Source of the DNA: Candidatus Stahliibacteriota bacterium
GTDB lineage: Bacteria > Hydrothermota > UBA3072
Length of the DNA stretch: 45,376 bases
NCBI GenBank assembly: GCA_030668705.1
Contig: DAOVFB010000002.1
Span: 1 to 45,376, forward strand
Direction: 5' to 3'
Part shown: piece after piece, positions 27,043-35,462 of the stretch
Position numbering within the stretch: the stretch's first letter is position 1
Layout of the letters: each line of letters opens with the position of its first letter
The notes under the pieces: generated by a model
Databases searched by the model: none
What the model saw: the letters and a program-made list of their open reading frames with translations, nothing else
What the model was told of the DNA's origin: nothing
Made by a program: the position numbers and the translations under genes

Positions 27043-28782
27043 TTATATTTCAACTGTTACCCTCATTACCTCTTCTGGAGTAGTTATTCCCTCCTTTAAT
27101 TTCAGCAATGCATCCCCCCGAAGAGTCCTCATACCTTCCTCTTCCGCCCTTTGTCTCAGTGCATCAGTTGTAGCTCCTTTTAGAATCATATTCCTTAATT
27201 CCATTGAAATAGGCATCACTTCCGTTACAGCAATTCTCCCTTTGTAACCACTAGAATTGCAGAGCTGACATCCATCTCCTGCCGTATATATTTCATTATT
27301 TCTTATTTCATCATCCGTAAGCCCTAATTGATTCAAAAGCTTGACTTTGTCAGTTTCACCCGTCTCTATTCTCCTCCTACATTTCGGACATACTTTTCTG
27401 AGAAGCCTTTGCGCTTGAACGAGATTCAGGGAGCTTGAAATAAGAAAAGGCTCTATCCCGATATCAATCAGCCTGTTTATTGAACTAGGGGCGTCATTGG
27501 TATGTAGAGTAGATAGAACTAGATGACCCGTTAGAGCAGCTCTTATCGCGATGGAAGCAGTGTCGATTTCCCTGATCTCTCCAACCAATATCACATTAGG
27601 AGATTGTCGGAGGAAGGCTCTAAGCGCTTCTGCAAAATTAAACCCTATCACGGGATTTACCTGCACCTGGTTTATACCCTTCAAATTATACTCAACAGGA
27701 TTTTCAACAGTCATCAGGTTAATCTCCGGAGAATTCAACCGAGCGAGTGCAGAATATAGTGTGGTTGATTTCCCACTTCCAGTAGGTCCAGTAACAAGAA
27801 TAAGACCATACGGCTTTTCTATTGCATTTAAAAATTTACGAAGTGCGTCAGGCTCAAAACCAAGGTCTTCCATATTTAACATAAGCGATGATGGATCCAG
27901 GATTCTCATTACCACCTTCTCTCCAAAAACAGTTGGTATAATACTGACTCGAAGGTCTATTGGTTTCCCGTCAACTCTTATTTTTATTCTTCCATCTTGA
28001 GTGAGCCGTCGTTCAGAAGCATCCATTGAACCTGTCATTATCTTCACTCTTGTGGATATTGCATTTTTCAATCGATAAGGTGGCTCTGAAACCAGCTGCA
28101 AGACTCCATCTATTCTAAACCGAACCCTGAGAACCTTCTCGTATGGTTCTATGTGTATATCTGATACACCCTTTTTTACTGCGCTAGAAATAAGGTAATT
28201 TACAAATTTGATTACAGGTTTCTCAGAAGCTTCCTTCCTCCAATCCTCTTCTTCCTCCTCCTCGTCCTCCTCCCCAACAAAGACATCCTCAATGCCCCCG
28301 GAGGTAAATTCAAATTCCTCCTCTTCCTCTTCCTTTTCCTCGACCCTGTCTACTTCTTTGGTAACAGGATAGTACTCTTCCAGTAATTGTTTCATCGTAT
28401 GGAAAGTTACTACAACTGGTTCAACTTCGAGATTTGTTTTAAATTCGACAGCATCTACTGCAACCAGATCACCAGGGTTTACCATCCCAAGAATCAGTTT
28501 CCTTCCCCTTTTGTTTATAGGAAATACCTGGTGTCTCTGTGCCATATCAGGAGGAATAAGCTTTGTCAGTTTACGATCGACATCTTCAAATCGAACATCA
28601 ATAGAAGGCACTTTGAATTTTTGACTTAAGGTTTTTGCAAGGTCCTGCTCAGAAATATAACCTTCCTCAATAAGGATAGCTCCCAGCTTCTTTGCTACTT
28701 TTTTTTGTTTATTCAGAGCACTTTCCAATTGTTCGCGAGTAATCTTTCCAGCAGATATAAGAATTGCGCCAAGTTTTTTCAT
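27043..28782 (-). CDS. pilB: Type IV pilus assembly ATPase PilB/GspE paralog with altered Asp boxes
   Basis: MshEN-like N-terminus, SDIHIEP, QDGR, GPTGSGKSTT, ENPVE, RQSPN, GEIRE, STLHTN, tetra-Cys zinc motif. Confidence 0.9.
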   Translation of the reverse strand: MKKLGAILISAGKITREQLESALNKQKKVAKKLGAILIEEGYISEQDLAKTLSQKFKVPSIDVRFEDVDRKLTKLIPPDMAQRHQVFPINKRGRKLILGMVNPGDLVAVDAVEFKTNLEVEPVVVTFHTMKQLLEEYYPVTKEVDRVEEKEEEEEEFEFTSGGIEDVFVGEEDEEEEEEDWRKEASEKPVIKFVNYLISSAVKKGVSDIHIEPYEKVLRVRFRIDGVLQLVSEPPYRLKNAISTRVKIMTGSMDASERRLTQDGRIKIRVDGKPIDLRVSIIPTVFGEKVVMRILDPSSLMLNMEDLGFEPDALRKFLNAIEKPYGLILVTGPTGSGKSTTLYSALARLNSPEINLMTVENPVEYNLKGINQVQVNPVIGFNFAEALRAFLRQSPNVILVGEIREIDTASIAIRAALTGHLVLSTLHTNDAPSSINRLIDIGIEPFLISSSLNLVQAQRLLRKVCPKCRRRIETGETDKVKLLNQLGLTDDEIRNNEIYTAGDGCQLCNSSGYKGRIAVTEVMPISMELRNMILKGATTDALRQRAEEEGMRTLRGDALLKLKEGITTPEEVMRVTVEI

Positions 28783-28783
28783 T

Positions 28784-30478
28784 CTACCGCTCCATTGTCT
28801 CTCTGCTTATTTCATCAATAGTGGTCACACCTTCCAGCACTTTTTTTAATCCTTCTACCCTGAGGGTCTCCATTCCTTCTTTTACAGCCTGCTCTTCAAT
28901 ATCATCTGAAGTAGCTCCTTCTGTTATCATTTTCCTGATAATTGGAGACATTGCAAGTACCTCAAAAAGACCACTCCTGCCTTTATAGCCAGTTCCCTTG
29001 CAATAATTGCACCCTATTCCATGAAAAATCTCCTTGCCTCTAAATACTTCAGGCCGGAACCCCCTCTTTATTATTTCCTCATCTGATAACTTATGTGGAG
29101 CCTTGCAGCGGGGACAAACCTTTCTTACAAGTCTCTGAGATATTATAAGTTCAAGGGTCGAAGCCATGAGAAAGGGAGCAACACCCATATTTACAACACG
29201 AGTAATAGTAGCAGCAGCAGAATTTGTATGGACGGTTGAGAGAACAATATGTCCTGTTAAGGCAGCCCGTATTGAAATATCCGTTGTAGGCTTATCTCTG
29301 ATTTCTCCAACCATTATAACATCCGGGTCCTGCCTCAGGAAAGATTTCAGAGCAGAAGTAAATGTAAGCCCTATCTCTTCACGAACCTGTACCTGATTTA
29401 TACCAAAAAGCGTATACTCTACCGGATCCTCTGCGGTTGAAATGTTTACCGTAATTTTATTAATCTCTCTTAATATGGAATATAGAGTCGTTGTTTTTCC
29501 ACTGCCTGTCGGTCCGGTAAGCAGTATAATTCCATGAGGTTTTTGGATTGCTATCCTCGTATCCTGTAAGCCCTTTTCCGTAAAACCCAGTTTGGAAAGA
29601 TCAAACTCAATACTCTCTGAGTCCAAAATCCTGAGTGCAACTTTCTCTCCAAATATTGTAGGGACAGTGGATATCCTAAAATCAATCCTTCTCCCATCTA
29701 TCCGTGCCTCAAAACGACCATCTTGAGGCTGTCTTTTTTCCTGGATTTTTAGATTTGACATAACTTTTAATCTTGAAACTACTGCTTTGTGAAGCCTCCA
29801 GGGTGGTGGCGTATAATTACGAAGGACACCATCTATTCTAAGGCGAACTCGGACGTCTTTTTCGTAAGGCTCTACATGCAAATCACTCGCCCCTTCTACC
29901 ACTGCCTTCTTTAAAAGGTAATTAACGTACTCCACTACCGGGCCCGAATCTACCTGCGCTGCCAAATCTGAAACTGTTTCTTCCCCCTCTGCTTCGTCTA
30001 CAATTTCTAATGAATCATCGTCAAAGACGATATCACCAATTACCTCATCTTCAAGTGCCTTAGTCTCGTAGTGATCCTTTAAAACCTTCTCTATTGAAGT
30101 CTCAACAGCTACCATAGGTACTACAGTGCAGCCAGTTCTAAAGCGGATATCATCTTGAACCTGGACATCTGTGGGGTTAATCATAGCGAGATACAAAACA
30201 TTCCCTTCACGTTTCAAAGGAATTACACCATAGGCTCTTGCGATTTCGGGAGGAATCAAATTAAGAACTTCTTTATCCATGGGATACTCGGAAAGCATCA
30301 CCCCTTTTGCGTCCAAATGCTTTTCGAGAGCCTTGAGAAGTGTCCTTTCATTAACAAACCCCAGTGCCATAAGATTAGCGCCAAGTCGCCCTCCCGTCTC
30401 CCTTTGCCTTCTAAGAGCTAATTTTAACTGTTGTTCTGTAATAGAACGCTCTACTAATAATATTCTTCCAACTCTCAC
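28784..30478 (-). CDS. pilB: Type IV pilus assembly ATPase PilB/GspE (canonical motifs)
   Basis: MshEN-like N-terminus, ASDLHVEP, PQDGR, GPTGSGKTTT, EDPVE, RQDPD, GEIRD, STVHTN, CPRC...CNYC. Confidence 0.92.
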   Translation of the reverse strand: MRVGRILLVERSITEQQLKLALRRQRETGGRLGANLMALGFVNERTLLKALEKHLDAKGVMLSEYPMDKEVLNLIPPEIARAYGVIPLKREGNVLYLAMINPTDVQVQDDIRFRTGCTVVPMVAVETSIEKVLKDHYETKALEDEVIGDIVFDDDSLEIVDEAEGEETVSDLAAQVDSGPVVEYVNYLLKKAVVEGASDLHVEPYEKDVRVRLRIDGVLRNYTPPPWRLHKAVVSRLKVMSNLKIQEKRQPQDGRFEARIDGRRIDFRISTVPTIFGEKVALRILDSESIEFDLSKLGFTEKGLQDTRIAIQKPHGIILLTGPTGSGKTTTLYSILREINKITVNISTAEDPVEYTLFGINQVQVREEIGLTFTSALKSFLRQDPDVIMVGEIRDKPTTDISIRAALTGHIVLSTVHTNSAAATITRVVNMGVAPFLMASTLELIISQRLVRKVCPRCKAPHKLSDEEIIKRGFRPEVFRGKEIFHGIGCNYCKGTGYKGRSGLFEVLAMSPIIRKMITEGATSDDIEEQAVKEGMETLRVEGLKKVLEGVTTIDEISRETMER

Positions 30479-30513
30479 ACTATGAATATAAAAGTATTGA
30501 GTATAAATGTCAA
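30479..30513 (-). promoter_or_regulatory. pil operon promoter TTGACA-17-TATATT, 6 nt before the GTG (leaderless)
   Basis: Minus-strand TTGACA at 30513-30508, TATATT at 30490-30485, GTG at 30478. Confidence 0.7.
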
Positions 30514-30527
30514 GTATTAAAAATGGG

Positions 30528-30555
30528 TTGACAAATCAAGATATCTCAATATTAT
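30528..30555 (+). promoter_or_regulatory. Divergent promoter TTGACA-16-TATTAT for the MBL hydrolase
   Basis: TTGACA at 30528-30533, TATTAT at 30550-30555, ATG 10 nt later with no Shine-Dalgarno. Confidence 0.65.
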
Positions 30556-30565
30556 GAATTGAATT

Positions 30566-31396
30566 ATGAAGGTTAAATTCTGGGGTACTCGAGGATCAAT
30601 ACCATCACCGGGAAAAGATACTGTTAAATACGGCGGTAATACTACCTGCATGGAGATAGCCCTTAAGAATAACAGAGAAATCATAATAGATGCAGGAACC
30701 GGTATAAGACTGTTAGGCAAAGAGATAACCTCCAAAGGTATTAAGCATCTTGATCTCTTTCTCACCCACTCACATTGGGACCACATACAGGGATTCCCAT
30801 TTTTTACGCCTATTTTCAGTAAGGACTTCTCGTTGAATATCTATGGAGTTTCTCCAACCTTTGAGAGATTGCTGGATATACTAAAGGGACAAATGGAAAC
30901 TATTTACTTTCCGGTTCAATTTAAACATCTTGCAGCAGAAATAAGGTTTAAAAAAATTGGCAACTCCGGAATTTTGATAGACAACGCAAAAGTTAATTCA
31001 ATAAGGACAAATCATCCACTTGAAACTCATGCTTTCAAGTTTGAAGAAAATGGGAAGTCCTTCGTTTTTATGTCAGATAATGAATTGGATCATCCCGATA
31101 TTGCTAAGGTTCCTTACAAGAAGCACTTAGACTTTGTAAAAGGTGCAGATATTCTCGTTCATGATGCTCAATATAGAAAGGGAGAAATGAGCAAATGCAA
31201 AGGATATGGGCATTCTTCCTGGCAGAAAGCAGTATCTTTTGCAAAGCAGGCAAAGGTAAAGAAGCTCTACCTGACACATCATGACCCTTACAGGCCGGAT
31301 TCGGAAATAGATGAAATAGTTGGCAAAGCGAATAAAATCTCCGGAGATGGATTAACAGTTATGGGAGCTATCGAAGGTGAAAGTTTCGAAGTATAA
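30566..31396 (+). CDS. MBL-fold metallo-hydrolase (RNase Z/phosphodiesterase-like)
   Basis: FWGTRGSIP, YGGNTTC, DAGTG, THSHWDHIQG, HDAQY, GHS, THHDP. Confidence 0.92.
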   Translation: MKVKFWGTRGSIPSPGKDTVKYGGNTTCMEIALKNNREIIIDAGTGIRLLGKEITSKGIKHLDLFLTHSHWDHIQGFPFFTPIFSKDFSLNIYGVSPTFERLLDILKGQMETIYFPVQFKHLAAEIRFKKIGNSGILIDNAKVNSIRTNHPLETHAFKFEENGKSFVFMSDNELDHPDIAKVPYKKHLDFVKGADILVHDAQYRKGEMSKCKGYGHSSWQKAVSFAKQAKVKKLYLTHHDPYRPDSEIDEIVGKANKISGDGLTVMGAIEGESFEV

Positions 31397-31515
31397 ACCG
31401 AATTGATACTGGAGTGGCATAGCTAGCTTAAAGATTTTAGTTAAACTCTTTAAGTTCCCAGGAATGATAACACCTTGACAAAACCCATATTTATATCATA
31501 TTTTCCACAAAAAAG

Positions 31516-34005
31516 ATGGAGGAAGAGTTGATAAAACAAAAATATATTTTTCTATCCTTAATTGTTACGCTCCTTATCTCTGCAACAAATTTATTTGCAC
31601 AGACAATAGACAAAAGTCTAATAGAAGAACTTCGGCGAGGCCGTGAAGTTATCTCCAAGGAAGAGCCGAAGGAAACAGAAATGCCTTTGCCAGAGGCGGA
31701 AATATTTAGGGCCGAATCCCTCTCAACAATCGAGGAAATGTTTAAGAATCGATATTTCATAACCAATGACAGACTTAAACTTGTATCTCTAAGGGACTCA
31801 CTTAAGGGTTTATTTAAAGCAGAATCGCTTAAGATCGCAATAAGAGGCGAATATCGTCTTTCAGACACTCTCTATTTCCAACTCTTAATAGAATTACCTA
31901 AAGTAGAAGAAAAACTTGATTCAACAATTGTGACACTCAGACAATTTGGGTACAACATGTTTCAAGTGGCCCTTCCCGTAATACCATCTTTCACTCCTGT
32001 AGCAGAAGACTATATACTTGGACCTGGGGATGAGATTACAATTGAGGTCTCCGGGCAGATGAATGAATCATGGGACAAGATAATTGACCGTGATGGAAAG
32101 ATAGTGATACCAAAGGTAGGACAGATTAATATCTGGGGAAAAACCTATAAAGAAGCAAAGGAAACCATAGAAAGAGCACTCAAGAAAGAATTCACAAATA
32201 TTGAAGTCAGTGTTGTGCTGGGGGAACTAAGGAGTGTTAACATATTCATATTAGGCGAAGTAAGAAGGCCCGGTTTATATAATATCAGTGCTCTTTCAAA
32301 CCCACTCTCCGCTCTCTTCAAAGCGGGCGGACCGAAGAAGTCCGGGAGTTTAAGACGCATAAAATATATCTCAAATAAAGGGTATACCAGCACTTCCGAT
32401 TTGTATGATATCCTGATCGAAGGGAAAAGATTGGCGAATATACAGTTGGAAACAGGGGATATCATCTATGTTCCTCCTATCGGAGGAATTGTCGGTGTAA
32501 CAGGAGCAGTAACAAGGCCAGGCATTTTCGAATTAAATAAGTCAGCCGATCTATCGGATATATTCCTGATGAGTGGAGGAATGCTCCCTATCGGGGGAAC
32601 TTTTAGAATTCAATTAGAGCGTGTTTCTTATGGTGAAAAGAAAGTAATTGAAGATTTCAGGTTCCAGTCTAGGGAAGAATTCAGAAAAAAAGCACATGAA
32701 ATAAAAATAAAGAACGGTGACCTTATTGAAACATTTGAAGTTCCACCAATTAGGCGCAATTATATCACAATTTCTGGAAATGTTGAGAGAAGTGGTACCT
32801 ATGGTTTGAATGAAGGAATGACTATCCTGGATCTCATTAGAGAAGCCGGTGGGTTTAAAAAAGGAACCTATTTAGAGAGAGCAGAACTCCTCCGTTTTCG
32901 TGGAGTAAGGAATCCCGAAATTATAGAGATAAATCTAAATAAAATAATGGATGAAAACTCCAGAGAAAATATCGAATTGAAAGAATGGGACAATCTGAGA
33001 GTTTATTCTATTGACGAGATACAGGAAAAATTCACTGTAAGCATAAGTGGTGCAGTAAGGCATCCCGGGGTATACCCGTTAAGTCCGGATATGTCAGTAG
33101 ACGATTTACTTTTCAAGGGCATTCTTACGCGAACTGCTACAGAAAAAGCGGAACTTTTCAGCATAGACCCTGATTATGGTGTTTCAATAAGAACTATTGA
33201 ACTCACCGATAGTGCAGCTCTCAATATAGTGCTCAAGCCCAACGACCATATTCTGGTGAAGATGAAACCAGCCTATCGTGAAGTTGGATATGTTTCCCTT
33301 ATTGGCGAATTTACTTATCCAGGTACCTACCCGATAAAAGAGGGTGATTTAATAAAGGATGTCATAGAAAGGGCAGGAGGATTTACAAAAGACGCTTACC
33401 TTGGGGGAGCAAGATTTTCGAGAAAATCAGTAGCTGAACTTCAGCATAAGGCTATTAAGAATTTAATCAGGGAAACCAGACTGAGGCTCCTTGCGGAGCA
33501 AAGAACAACTATGGAAGCCGGTCTTTCACCTGAAGAAGTAGCCAACCGCAGGCAGTACCTCGCAAACCAACAAGCAGAGCTTACCCAATTAAGCAGGATG
33601 GAAACTCCCGGGAGAGTGGTAATAGACCTTAATGACCCTGAGCAGTTAAATATGCCTCTTGAAGATGGAGATATTCTCAATATTCCGAAATTACCCAAGA
33701 CCGTTCAGGTTGTGGGTCAGGTATACAATCCTACAGGAATCACGTACGAAGAAGGTCTGTCACTCAAGGATTATTTAAGTATGTCAGGTGGACCAAAGCC
33801 AACAGCGGATAAGAAAAGAATCTATGTTAGAAGAGCGTCAGGTAAAGTTGTTAGGAATCCCGATGAAATTAAACCAGGTGATACAATCATAGTCCCCGAA
33901 AAAGTGGAGGTTGGCAAATCCTTCTGGGAGATTGCAGGAACTTTCGCAACTCTTATTTACCAGATAGGACTTGGTGTTGCGGCATTCAGTGTGTTTGTAA
34001 AATAA
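31516..34005 (+). CDS. Polysaccharide export protein with Poly_export domain and multiple SLBB repeats (Wza/KpsD-like)
   Basis: Signal peptide; QFGYNMF; DYILGPGD; repeated G.V..PG.Y...AGG units. True start may be TTG 31528 after GGAGGA; TTGACA at 31475. Confidence 0.9.
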   Translation: MEEELIKQKYIFLSLIVTLLISATNLFAQTIDKSLIEELRRGREVISKEEPKETEMPLPEAEIFRAESLSTIEEMFKNRYFITNDRLKLVSLRDSLKGLFKAESLKIAIRGEYRLSDTLYFQLLIELPKVEEKLDSTIVTLRQFGYNMFQVALPVIPSFTPVAEDYILGPGDEITIEVSGQMNESWDKIIDRDGKIVIPKVGQINIWGKTYKEAKETIERALKKEFTNIEVSVVLGELRSVNIFILGEVRRPGLYNISALSNPLSALFKAGGPKKSGSLRRIKYISNKGYTSTSDLYDILIEGKRLANIQLETGDIIYVPPIGGIVGVTGAVTRPGIFELNKSADLSDIFLMSGGMLPIGGTFRIQLERVSYGEKKVIEDFRFQSREEFRKKAHEIKIKNGDLIETFEVPPIRRNYITISGNVERSGTYGLNEGMTILDLIREAGGFKKGTYLERAELLRFRGVRNPEIIEINLNKIMDENSRENIELKEWDNLRVYSIDEIQEKFTVSISGAVRHPGVYPLSPDMSVDDLLFKGILTRTATEKAELFSIDPDYGVSIRTIELTDSAALNIVLKPNDHILVKMKPAYREVGYVSLIGEFTYPGTYPIKEGDLIKDVIERAGGFTKDAYLGGARFSRKSVAELQHKAIKNLIRETRLRLLAEQRTTMEAGLSPEEVANRRQYLANQQAELTQLSRMETPGRVVIDLNDPEQLNMPLEDGDILNIPKLPKTVQVVGQVYNPTGITYEEGLSLKDYLSMSGGPKPTADKKRIYVRRASGKVVRNPDEIKPGDTIIVPEKVEVGKSFWEIAGTFATLIYQIGLGVAAFSVFVK

Positions 34006-34036
34006 TACACCATAAAGAGAACTAAATCCTTCTCTC

Positions 34037-34064
34037 TTGACTAATAGAATAAACCCTGTAATAT
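34037..34064 (+). promoter_or_regulatory. Promoter TTGACT-16-TAATAT for DUF502-corC-dnaE
   Basis: TTGACT at 34037-34042, TAATAT at 34059-34064, ATG at 34075 with no Shine-Dalgarno. Confidence 0.5.
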
Positions 34065-34074
34065 TAGACTGAAT

Positions 34075-34683
34075 ATGAGCCTTAAAAACAAGATAAAGAG
34101 ACACTTTATAACCGGTCTGGTAGCAATACTTCCTCTTGCACTCACAGTTGGAGTCGTATGGTTTTTAATTCAAAGAATCGGCGGCTTTCTGGGGAATTAC
34201 TTTACCCGAATACCAACGTTTGCCAATATTTCAAGACCATTGAGTTCTTTCCTTGGTTTTGTAGCTGTGATAATAGGGGTATATCTGATAGGTCTTGTTA
34301 CCTCGGGGTTTCTTGGCAGATGGTTTGTAAAGCAGATGGATAACATGATGACAAAGGTACCATTCATAAAAGTTCTATACAATGCATCCCGACGACTGGC
34401 TAATACCATTTTTCTGGATCGCTCTGCCTTTAGTAAAGTAGTACTCATTCAGTACCCATGGGAAAATACATACACACTTGCATTCCTCACCAACAAAGAT
34501 AAATGGACAATTAGTAATAAGGAATATTACAATATCTTCCTTCCAACAAGTCCCAATCCCACTTCCGGTTACTATCTTTTATATCCAGTATCTGATGTTC
34601 TTCTAACGGACATATCTATCCAGGAAGGTTTTAAGATTATAGCCTCAGGGGGTATTATAATCCCCGATGAAAGAAGGTTTTAA
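34075..34683 (+). CDS. DUF502 family membrane protein
   Basis: FITGL..ILP...T, KVPFIK.LY, FLPTSPNPTSGY, IASGG. Confidence 0.92.
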   Translation: MSLKNKIKRHFITGLVAILPLALTVGVVWFLIQRIGGFLGNYFTRIPTFANISRPLSSFLGFVAVIIGVYLIGLVTSGFLGRWFVKQMDNMMTKVPFIKVLYNASRRLANTIFLDRSAFSKVVLIQYPWENTYTLAFLTNKDKWTISNKEYYNIFLPTSPNPTSGYYLLYPVSDVLLTDISIQEGFKIIASGGIIIPDERRF

Positions 34684-35462
34684 TGCTGAAGTGGTTCAGA
34701 AAGTCGCAAATTAAAACAGAAAAAAAACTAAAAGAATTAATTGCTGAAGTCGAAGATGAAGGAGTGATAACAGAAGACGAAGAAGAACTGCTTACCGCTA
34801 TATTCGAACTTGATAGGACAGTTGCGGAAGACGTTATGGTCCCCCGTACGGATATGCAGTGTATTTCTATCGACTCGTCAATGGATGATCTTATCAAGCA
34901 CTTCAGGGAAAAAAGACATACCAAGATACCGGTATTTGAGGGGTCTGTAGACAATATAGTTGGCATGATATATATGACAGAGGTTCTCCGTCTATGGGGA
35001 GGTGAAATGAAGTTCTATGCTGGAGACATCATGCGATTACCATACTTTATACCTTATACCAAAAATGTTCTTTCGACTCTTAGAGAATTCCAGAAGAAGC
35101 ATATCTCCATAGCAATCGTTATGGACGAATTTGGTGGTGTAGCAGGGCTTCTCACCACAGAAGACCTCATCGAGGAAATAGTCGGGGAACTTCAGGATGA
35201 ACTGGATAAAGAAAAAACAACTTATGAGAAATTAGAGGACGGCTCCCTGGTCTTGCCAGGGGTCTTTGAACTCGACCGTCTGGAAGAAATCCTGGATGTT
35301 AAGTACGATGTCGAAGACATACGCACAATTGGCGGACTTCTCATCGATAAGCTGGAACATGTGCCCCATGAAGGTGAAGAAGTTAAGATTTCTGGAACTC
35401 TTATCACAATACTTAAAGCTTCCAAACAACGTATCAGTAGAGTCAAAGTGAAAAAACTATGA
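34683..35462 (+). CDS. CBS-pair/CorC-HlyC domain protein (CorC-like, no DUF21 membrane domain)
   Basis: VMVPRTDM, HTKIPV, AIVMDEFGGVAGLLTTEDLIEEIVGE, TIGG. Confidence 0.92.
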   Translation: MLKWFRKSQIKTEKKLKELIAEVEDEGVITEDEEELLTAIFELDRTVAEDVMVPRTDMQCISIDSSMDDLIKHFREKRHTKIPVFEGSVDNIVGMIYMTEVLRLWGGEMKFYAGDIMRLPYFIPYTKNVLSTLREFQKKHISIAIVMDEFGGVAGLLTTEDLIEEIVGELQDELDKEKTTYEKLEDGSLVLPGVFELDRLEEILDVKYDVEDIRTIGGLLIDKLEHVPHEGEEVKISGTLITILKASKQRISRVKVKKL

